From NCBI GenBank assembly GCA_041548245.1, contig JBFESZ010000052.1:1-13568 (forward strand): a stretch of DNA of 13,568 bases. Direction: 5' to 3'. Below, piece after piece: positions 1 through 6,380 of the stretch. Below the pieces are notes generated by a model. The model saw nothing but the letters and a program-made list of their open reading frames with translations. It did not search any database and was not told the DNA's origin. The stretch's first letter is position 1. Each line of letters starts with the position of its first letter. Source of the DNA: Sulfurimonadaceae bacterium (GTDB taxonomy: Bacteria > Campylobacterota > Campylobacteria > Campylobacterales > Sulfurimonadaceae). Position numbers and translations under genes: made by a program.

Positions 1-201
1 AGCAACGTCTGGCATAGTAACAGTTACACCGCTTTCAGTTGAAGCAGCTGTACCATACATTGCAGTGATACCGTCTTCTACTGTATGAGCAGTCCATACT
101 GTTGGTTTTGTTGCTCTGAAATCTTCAGCATTCGCCGCTGGTGCTAGAGCTGCTGCTGCAACTGCTAGTCCACTTAGGCTTAAAAATTTTCTTCTTTCCA
201 T
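1..201 (-). CDS. soxY: Thiosulfate-oxidation carrier protein SoxY, 5' part (runs off the window's left edge)
   Basis: Not in the ORF track; translated by hand from ATG at 201: MERRKFLSLSGLAVAAAALAPAANAEDFRATKPTVWTAHTVEDGITAMYGTAASTESGVTVTMPDVA. It has a Tat motif (ERRKFL), an ANA cleavage site and a SoxY-like 'xPDxA' segment, with an AAAGGA SD upstream, 15 nt after the soxD stop. The diagnostic C-terminal GGCGG-type motif lies outside the window. Confidence 0.85.
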   Translation of the reverse strand, partial: MERRKFLSLSGLAVAAAALAPAANAEDFRATKPTVWTAHTVEDGITAMYGTAASTESGVTVTMPDVA

Positions 202-216
202 TGTTTTTCCTTTGTT

Positions 217-1356
217 TTATTTACCAGAGACCAAGTAGTCGACCACTGATTTAAATTGTTCATCTGTTAGGCTAGAACCACCTTTTGCTGGCATACCACC
301 TTCAGTACCTTTGATACCGTTTGCATAAACTTTATCCATACCTTTTGGTGTATATCCAGCCCAGTCAGAACTTCCTGGTGCCAAGAATGACGAGTGACAC
401 ATTGCACAGTTTGCTTGGTATGCTGCTTTCGCATCAAAACCACCCTCTTTCTTAGGAAGGTCTCTTACTGTTGACATCGGTGGCAAGAAGTCTCTAATAC
501 CACCACCTTCAGCGATGCGTACAACTTTTGCTGTTGGTTTTTGACAATCAGTCATACAACGTTCAGCACCTTGGTTAAGGTTTTGTGCACCAAAGTTTTT
601 AGCGTTAGCATAATATGCACGAACATCTTGAAGTGCATTTGGACCATCGATGTTTGGCTCGAAACCATGTTTGTTTGGCATTTCGATCTTAGCAAAGTTG
701 TCTTGGTTAAGTTCCCAGTCATCGTCTGAAACGACTTCACCATCAACTCTAAGCTCATTTAGCATAATGATATATGCTGTCAAAGCGTATGTTTCATCAT
801 CACTTAAAGACTTAGTGTTCGGATGAGGCATACCTGATTGAATGTACCACCACATTGTGCTTGCATCTGGCCAGTAAGAACCGAATACACGTACCGGACC
901 ATCTGCATTGTCACCTACACGCTGTAGAGTAAGTGTTTTATTTAATTGATATGCATTACCTTTAGCAAGTGCAGGGTATCCACCACCGCCTGAACCAAAG
1001 TCACCGTGACACATAACACATTGTGCTTCATAAAGTGCTTCACCTTCTGAAACTGTACCTTTACCCGGAGGTGGAGGAGAGGTAGGTGTTACATCTTTAT
1101 CCCATGCCGCGATCTCATTTTTAGTCGCTCTTCTACCATGGTTAAGTGTCATATCATGTGCATTTGTATTTACTGCATATGGACCTGTGTAACCATTTTC
1201 GATTGGGTGGTAAACACCACCGTCGATAGTTGCTTTACCGTTAAATTCATATGTAGCTGCTGATGGCGCTGTACTTCCGCCACAACCAACTGCAAAAAGT
1301 GCAGCTACTGTAGCTGCTGAAGCAGTGATAATTAATTTACGATCTAATTTGAACAT
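217..1356 (-). CDS. soxD: Sulfane dehydrogenase cytochrome c subunit SoxD (di-heme, probable lipoprotein)
   Basis: Two CxxCH motifs (CVMCH, CAMCH) and SoxD-type segments (AWDKDV, GSYWP, MP...SLSDDETYALTAY, MPN..GF, CMTDC). N-terminal lipobox-like AVGC. Overlaps the 3' end of soxC by 20 nt, with an AAGGAAAGG SD. Confidence 0.92.
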   Translation of the reverse strand: MFKLDRKLIITASAATVAALFAVGCGGSTAPSAATYEFNGKATIDGGVYHPIENGYTGPYAVNTNAHDMTLNHGRRATKNEIAAWDKDVTPTSPPPPGKGTVSEGEALYEAQCVMCHGDFGSGGGGYPALAKGNAYQLNKTLTLQRVGDNADGPVRVFGSYWPDASTMWWYIQSGMPHPNTKSLSDDETYALTAYIIMLNELRVDGEVVSDDDWELNQDNFAKIEMPNKHGFEPNIDGPNALQDVRAYYANAKNFGAQNLNQGAERCMTDCQKPTAKVVRIAEGGGIRDFLPPMSTVRDLPKKEGGFDAKAAYQANCAMCHSSFLAPGSSDWAGYTPKGMDKVYANGIKGTEGGMPAKGGSSLTDEQFKSVVDYLVSGK

Positions 1357-2665
1357 GATTCACCTTTCCTTCTGCTGTTACTTCCCATGTCTCTACAGCA
1401 TTTCTATGGTAGACACCTTCTACACCAAGTTCACCAACCTCTTGATCAATCGTCGGTTGAATGTAACCTGCGTCATCCATCGCACGAGATGTAAGAAGAA
1501 GTGTTTCACCTTTCTTATATTGGTGCATATAGCTCCAACGAGTCCATGATTTAGGTAAGATAAGACCTTTAAGTTGAGCTTCAACGTAGTTTTTACCACC
1601 ATCGAATGAAATGTCAACACCAGTGATCGTACCCATTCCAGACCATGCAAGACCTTCGATTTCAACCCAGTCACCATCTTTAAGATCAGTCCATGGTTTT
1701 TCCGGAGACGGAGTAACAACAGTCGAGTTAACTTCATTTGCGTAGAAGTGTTGGATCGCTTTACCTGTCTTTTTAAGTGCTGTATATTTTGATGTCTCTT
1801 CTTTACAGTAGAAAGGCTCAGCTGAGAACTCAAGACGTTTCAACCATTTGACACATAGGTTACCTTCCCAACCTGGAACAAGTAGACGTACCGGATAACC
1901 TTGTTCAGGACGTAGTGCTTCACCATTTTGTCCCCAAACTAGCATTGCATCATCCAGTACTTTATCGATAGGAATCGTACGACCCATTTCAGAGTTGTCA
2001 GAACCTTCTGCAAGCATCCATTGTGCACCTGCTTTTAGGCCAAGATCTTTGATCAGGTCTTTGATGTAAACACCGGTCCATTCAGCAGAACTCATGAATC
2101 CTTTAGCAAATTGTAAAGAGTTGAATTGAGGTCCACGCCATTCTTGTCCACCATTTGCGGGACATTCGATGAAGTGAGTACGAGTTACACGTGGGTAACG
2201 CTTAAGTTCGTCAAGTGTAAGAACGATGTCTCTTTCTAGTTCTGCACCGTGGATCATCAAACGGAATTCATTTGGATCAACTTCTGCAGTACCACCATGA
2301 CAACGGCTGAAGAATAGACCATTTGGTGTAATGATACCTTCAGATTCATGGATAGGACATACAGCGATAGATGCTTGGAAGTTACCTGAAGCCAAAAGTT
2401 TAGTGTTTCTTCTTAAATTGTTATGCTCATAAGGTGATGGCATACCGTAACGGTTATATGTTACTGGTTTTCCAAGTTTTTGACCCCATTTAACATGGTG
2501 CATGATCAATGGATCATCTTCAGCAGTTGCTGCTTCGTTTGCTGATAGTGCAGTTGCTGCTGCAACAGCACTGATTGTAGCAGTTTTTTTGAAAAAGTTT
2601 CTTCTGCTTGATTCAGTTGTATCGTTAGATAGTTCTAAATCTTTTTGAGAAATTTCATTCTTCAT
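1337..2665 (-). CDS. soxC: Sulfane dehydrogenase molybdopterin subunit SoxC (sulfite oxidase family)
   Basis: Tat signal SRRNFFK. Sulfite-oxidase-family motifs GIITPNGLFFSR, FIECPANG (Mo-ligating Cys), AEWTGV, NGEALRPEQGYPVRLLVPGWEG, VKWL, GLAWSG, SRAMD..G.IQP. AAAGGGAG SD at 2671-2678. Confidence 0.95.
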   Translation of the reverse strand: MKNEISQKDLELSNDTTESSRRNFFKKTATISAVAAATALSANEAATAEDDPLIMHHVKWGQKLGKPVTYNRYGMPSPYEHNNLRRNTKLLASGNFQASIAVCPIHESEGIITPNGLFFSRCHGGTAEVDPNEFRLMIHGAELERDIVLTLDELKRYPRVTRTHFIECPANGGQEWRGPQFNSLQFAKGFMSSAEWTGVYIKDLIKDLGLKAGAQWMLAEGSDNSEMGRTIPIDKVLDDAMLVWGQNGEALRPEQGYPVRLLVPGWEGNLCVKWLKRLEFSAEPFYCKEETSKYTALKKTGKAIQHFYANEVNSTVVTPSPEKPWTDLKDGDWVEIEGLAWSGMGTITGVDISFDGGKNYVEAQLKGLILPKSWTRWSYMHQYKKGETLLLTSRAMDDAGYIQPTIDQEVGELGVEGVYHRNAVETWEVTAEGKVNHVQIRS

Positions 2666-2706
2666 TGTTACTCCCTTTCTAGTTTTGTTAGTTTAGATTT
2701 CATTCT

Positions 2707-2755
2707 ATTTAAGATACAAAGAGACATGAAACATGCGTCTTTGTATCTGTTAAAT
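2707..2755 (-). promoter_or_regulatory. Long hairpin in the putative soxC 5' leader
   Basis: Perfect 11-bp inverted repeat AGATACAAAGA (2712-2722) / TCTTTGTATCT (2738-2748), inner CATG-N3-CATG stem, and an outer ATTTA(A)/(T)TAAAT extension. No U-tract follows it. Confidence 0.6.
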
Positions 2756-2866
2756 CGTATGTTGCAGGCATATCTGAATGACATGTATGCAATGAGTTTT
2801 ACACAAGATTAAGTGCATAATGAAAATCGTACGAGTGCAGTTTACTGAAAATTTCATTTAGATTTG

Positions 2867-2872
2867 ATGATA
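2867..2872 (-). promoter_or_regulatory. Candidate sigma70 -10 box (TATCAT) for the soxCDY operon
   Basis: Minus strand reads TTAACCTTCCG-TATCAT, about 200 nt upstream of the soxC ATG. An alternative -10 (TAAAAT, 2953-2958) lies further upstream. Confidence 0.35.
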
Positions 2873-3000
2873 CGGAAGGTTAAGATGAGAAGTCTTGTTA
2901 CAAATGGGAACAAAATTACCATGACACAAGATGCTTGGCAGTTTTATCTGTTATTTTATATTAATGAGTAAGGCTTAAAACTGCTTGGCAAATTGATTCT

Positions 3001-3030
3001 TTTTTGAGTGTCCGTATTGACACTCAAAAA
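3001..3030. other. Perfect 12-bp stem-loop just downstream of the toxin-like gene
   Basis: TTTTTGAGTGTC (3001-3012), loop CGTATT, GACACTCAAAAA (3019-3030). The T-run is 5' and the A-run 3' on both strands, so it is not a canonical intrinsic terminator. Confidence 0.65.
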
Positions 3031-3041
3031 GAAAAAAACAA

Positions 3042-3314
3042 TTATCTTTTCTCAACAATTCCAAGTATGACATAGGTATTGGTTTCCCTATCAACATAGA
3101 ACGGGATGGTATAACCTTGATGTTCAATGTCTTTAATGTTGTCGTCGTCAAAATAGATTGAACGTTTATATTTATCTACTTTACTTGGTGCATTTAAGAT
3201 GACGGTGTCAAGATAGAGCTTAAAGTCTTTGATTCCTTTTAGATCACTTTTAAGATAAGGGGTGAAAATCTCTTGTAGTTGCGTCTGATAGAGTGATGAA
3301 CTAAGAATTTTCAT
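3042..3314 (-). CDS. RelE/ParE-superfamily toxin-like protein
   Basis: 90 aa. The C-terminal pattern KYKRSIYFDDDNIKDI...GYTIPFYVD....VILGI resembles the Campylobacterota RelE/ParE-type family as I recall it. Overlaps the upstream small acidic gene by 14 nt. Confidence 0.65.
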   Translation of the reverse strand: MKILSSSLYQTQLQEIFTPYLKSDLKGIKDFKLYLDTVILNAPSKVDKYKRSIYFDDDNIKDIEHQGYTIPFYVDRETNTYVILGIVEKR

Positions 3315-3528
3315 CTTCTGCTTCCTTAAGCCAATTATCCATCTCTTTCATATTTTCCAGATGGGGTTTAAAGTTTGTTTCATTCTTCATAAAACTTTCC
3401 AACTCTTTTTTAAACTTGCTTTGATTATCTAAAAAGAGGTCATCAATGAGAGTCACCTTGTCTTTTGGGAGTGAGTTTAAAAACTCTTCTATGTAATCAT
3501 CTTCAATCTGAAGTTGAATGGTTTTCAT
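3301..3528 (-). CDS. Putative antitoxin (small acidic protein)
   Basis: Start placed at ATG 3528 (MKTIQLQIEDDYIEEFLNSLPKDKV..., 75 aa) because AAAGG precedes it; the ORF track starts at 3552. An N-terminal alternating beta-strand followed by a helix, acidic composition and position directly upstream of a RelE/ParE-like gene fit an antitoxin. Confidence 0.6.
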   Translation of the reverse strand: MKTIQLQIEDDYIEEFLNSLPKDKVTLIDDLFLDNQSKFKKELESFMKNETNFKPHLENMKEMDNWLKEAEDENS

Positions 3529-3568
3529 CTTTGGCCTTTGTTTATTGGTCATATTAGAATGATATGAT

Positions 3569-3577
3569 AGTATATCA
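3569..3577 (-). promoter_or_regulatory. Extended -10 promoter for the TA-like pair
   Basis: Minus strand reads TTTT-TG-A-TATACT (TGnTATAAT-type), about 40 nt upstream of ATG 3528. Confidence 0.55.
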
Positions 3578-3615
3578 AAAATGAATATACGATATTTTGA
3601 GCGAGAGAAAGACAG

Positions 3616-4182
3616 ATGCGAATAACAATAATGCTATTAATTGGCCTGATGATATGGGGGTGTACTCCTATACAAAAAGGCGATTTTGTCAGCTATAGCA
3701 GTGATGAGTATATTTTTATGCACAACCGTTTTATGGATAAACGTATGGATTGTGTGGAATTGGGTAAGATGAGAGAAGGTGAGCTGATGGTTAAATATTG
3801 CATCGGGAAGAATTATGCTTCACAAGAAGTACAGGGTTTTCTGTTTGAACATCAATATAAGAGTCATGAAGAGCGTTTCATAGGTGCCTATGTTCAATTT
3901 AAAGCCGACAAACCAATCAGGTTTAAATGCAGTTCTGAGACAATAGAAGGGGCTGCTTCAGGGACGGAGTATGTAAACTGTATGCTTCCTACGCTAGGTT
4001 TTGATATGTATGGTTTTATCATAAACTCGAACGAAAATGTCGAGGGAGAGTTTAGCGGTACCCTGGATCAAAAGAATGTTTTTCGAGGGGTCATCAGCGC
4101 AGAGGGGAAAGAACTGCTAAAGGCCTTCCACAAGGCTAGAGTGGAAGGTAAGAAAGCAGAGTGGAAAAAAGGGAGTTTGTAA
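3616..4182 (+). CDS. Hypothetical lipoprotein
   Basis: 188-aa ORF with a short hydrophobic signal ending in IWG-C (lipobox-like) and four further Cys. No family recognised. Confidence 0.7.
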   Translation: MRITIMLLIGLMIWGCTPIQKGDFVSYSSDEYIFMHNRFMDKRMDCVELGKMREGELMVKYCIGKNYASQEVQGFLFEHQYKSHEERFIGAYVQFKADKPIRFKCSSETIEGAASGTEYVNCMLPTLGFDMYGFIINSNENVEGEFSGTLDQKNVFRGVISAEGKELLKAFHKARVEGKKAEWKKGSL

Positions 4183-4220
4183 TATCACCTTGATAGCGTG
4201 ACAAGCTCGGTGCAAAGGGA

Positions 4221-4571
4221 TTATTTACACGCTTGAGTGTTCGCTTTCAGGTATTTCTTGTTGACCCAGCCAAACTTATTCTCATAGGCGACATAACACC
4301 AGTTCTCTTTTGCCTGAGCAAGAAAAAGTTTTATCTCATCTTCTTGCATATTTCCCATCGCCTCAAGGGTAATGTCTTTACCGCAACCATGACTGATAAC
4401 ACACTTTTCATCATGCGGAATAGAGGAAATCTTTTTTGAGGTATGATTCGCTTTCTCACGTATGTTTAATGCGTCCCACGCCTTGACGTTGCTCACTTGG
4501 ACATAACTTGTTCCTTCGGCAAAAAGGGAAGAAAGTATTAAACATGGCAAGATCAATAAGGTTTTTTTCAT
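4221..4571 (-). CDS. Secreted bacterial SH3 (SH3b)-domain protein
   Basis: Start placed at ATG 4571 (MKKTLLILPCLILSSLFA, 116 aa) after an AGGAG SD. Sec signal peptide, SH3b-type LNIREKAN..S.KI..IP and WCYVAY....GWV...YL. Confidence 0.8.
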   Translation of the reverse strand: MKKTLLILPCLILSSLFAEGTSYVQVSNVKAWDALNIREKANHTSKKISSIPHDEKCVISHGCGKDITLEAMGNMQEDEIKLFLAQAKENWCYVAYENKFGWVNKKYLKANTQACK

Positions 4572-4598
4572 AAGGGCTCCTGAGACTAAATTGTCGTC

Positions 4599-4604
4599 AT
4601 TATA
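4599..4604 (-). promoter_or_regulatory. -10 box for the SH3-domain gene
   Basis: Perfect TATAAT on the minus strand, 27 nt upstream of ATG 4571. Confidence 0.55.
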
Positions 4605-4673
4605 CCCAAGAGTCATGAAAATAAGAAATATTTATAAAAAAAGAGTGGAGTTATGTAAAGAAAAGAGAAGGGG

Positions 4674-5741
4674 CTAGAGGCCAGCTGCCTTGATCTTTTC
4701 TGCTTGGTAGTGTGCTTGCAGAGGTTCAATGATCTCATCCATAAGCCCTCCGCCGAGAATCTCGTTAAGACGGTAAAGTGTAAGATTGATACGGTGATCA
4801 GAGATGCGGTTCTGTGGATAGTTATAGGTACGGATACGACCGGATCTGTCACCTGTTCCGACCTGTTCTTTACGAGCCGCTCCATCTGCCTCCATCTTCT
4901 CTTGCATCTCAAGATCATACAGGCGAGCTTTAAGGACTTTCATTGCCTTGTCTTTGTTCTTATGTTGTGACTTTTGATCCTGATTGGTTACGACAAGTCC
5001 CGTCGGCAAGTGCGTAATCCGAACAGCCGAGTCAGTGGTGTTGACAGATTGACCACCACATCCTGACGAACGCATAACATCGATTTTGAGGTCACTTGGA
5101 TTGATCTCGATCTCGACATCATCGACTTCCGGCATGATAGCGACAGTTATGGCAGAGGTATGAACACGCCCCTGAGATTCTGTCTGCGGGACACGTTGAA
5201 CACGGTGGGTACCGGATTCATGTTTGAGGTAAGAGTAGACTTTTTCACCTTTGATCAGTGCGATGATCTCTTTAAATCCACCGGCATCGCCTTCAGACGA
5301 AGACATGATTTCGATCTTCCAGCCCTTTAGTTCAGCATAACGTGTGTAAGCAGTAAAAAGGTTTCCAACAAAGATAGCGGCTTCATCACCTCCCGCTCCC
5401 GCACGCATCTCTAAATAGATATTACGGTCGTCATTTGGATCCTGCGGAACCAATAACCCTTTTAACTCTTCTTCGACTTTGGGTACGAGCGGCTCCAATT
5501 CTTTTAACTCTTCTTTTGCCAGTTCAGCCATTTCAGAATCAGCGAGCAACTCTTTGTTATCTGTGATCTCCTGGATAAGCTTCATATACTCTTTGGATTT
5601 CTCCACAATCGGCAGAAGATTGGATTGCTCTTTAGAAAGTTCGGTCATCTTTTTGATGTCAGCAGTTACATCTGGAGCGCTTAACAGTTCGGTAAGTTCG
5701 TTATATCGGTCAATGAAAGGTTCTAGTTTTGATTTTAGCAT
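4674..5741 (-). CDS. prfA: Peptide chain release factor 1
   Basis: GGQ motif ([24 protein letters not shown]), RF1-type PxT ([14 protein letters not shown]), GAGGDEA and [17 protein letters not shown]. 355 aa. Confidence 0.98.
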   Translation of the reverse strand: MLKSKLEPFIDRYNELTELLSAPDVTADIKKMTELSKEQSNLLPIVEKSKEYMKLIQEITDNKELLADSEMAELAKEELKELEPLVPKVEEELKGLLVPQDPNDDRNIYLEMRAGAGGDEAAIFVGNLFTAYTRYAELKGWKIEIMSSSEGDAGGFKEIIALIKGEKVYSYLKHESGTHRVQRVPQTESQGRVHTSAITVAIMPEVDDVEIEINPSDLKIDVMRSSGCGGQSVNTTDSAVRITHLPTGLVVTNQDQKSQHKNKDKAMKVLKARLYDLEMQEKMEADGAARKEQVGTGDRSGRIRTYNYPQNRISDHRINLTLYRLNEILGGGLMDEIIEPLQAHYQAEKIKAAGL

Positions 5742-5759
5742 CAGGAGTCTCCAATAATG

Positions 5760-5883
5760 GACAGTTGTGGCTAAGTCCTTAGGACTAGCACGGTGAAGAG
5801 GTAATGTGGAAGGAAAAATACTCGGCTATCAAATAGCACACTGCCTCACACCACCAGTGCATTTAGCACTTAGCTTAATTGTC
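5760..5883 (-). other. Putative structured RNA element in the rpsT-prfA spacer
   Basis: Nested complementary blocks across the whole spacer (see findings); G-U wobbles favour the mRNA strand. No known family recognised. Confidence 0.5.
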
Positions 5884-5891
5884 TTATTGAA

Positions 5892-6155
5892 TTAAGCGAT
5901 TGCGTTAACAGCTGTGTGTAAACGGCTTACTTTACGTGCAGCAGTCTCTTTCTTCAAGATACCCTTGCTTACGAATTTATGAATTTGCTGGTTAGCAACT
6001 TTTAGTGCTGCCGTAGCTTCTTCTTTATTTCCTGCTTCGATTGCAGAACGAACGTCTTTAACAATGTTTTTAAGACGAGTGCGGTAGAAACGGTTACGTT
6101 CAGTCTTCTTGATAGTCTGACGGATACGTTTTACTGATGATTTATGGTTAGCCAT
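5892..6155 (-). CDS. rpsT: 30S ribosomal protein S20
   Basis: [14 protein letters not shown]...RNR...[16 protein letters not shown]. 87 aa, AAGGA SD. Confidence 0.98.
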   Translation of the reverse strand: MANHKSSVKRIRQTIKKTERNRFYRTRLKNIVKDVRSAIEAGNKEEATAALKVANQQIHKFVSKGILKKETAARKVSRLHTAVNAIA

Positions 6156-6330
6156 ATCAATAATTCCTTCATAGGTGCACTAATTTTGGCCCTATATTTT
6201 TTTTAAGAGTAGAATATTAGCTGAAGTATAATTAAATATAAGTTAAGGACAAGATATAAGTGTATATGTGGAAAATAAGATTACTAAAAATCATTTTTTT
6301 TGTGTATGCACTGTAAAAAAAGAGAAGAGA

Positions 6331-6339
6331 TGATAGAAT
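6331..6339 (+). promoter_or_regulatory. Extended -10 promoter for glmM-lspA
   Basis: TG-A-TAGAAT, about 40 nt upstream of the glmM ATG. Confidence 0.5.
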
Positions 6340-6380
6340 ACGAGATGGATTTTTATTAATACTTATATATAAGGGCAAAT

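Noticed and set aside
2666..2900. Moco/Wco riboswitch upstream of the molybdoenzyme gene soxC
   Set aside because: I could not find the conserved GC-rich elements or GNRA-capped stems; the region is AT-rich. An Rfam scan would be decisive.
2905..3000. Sigma54 promoter suggested by TTGGCA or GGAAC
   Set aside because: No GC at the -12 position with GG-N10-GC spacing, and the orientation points away from soxC.
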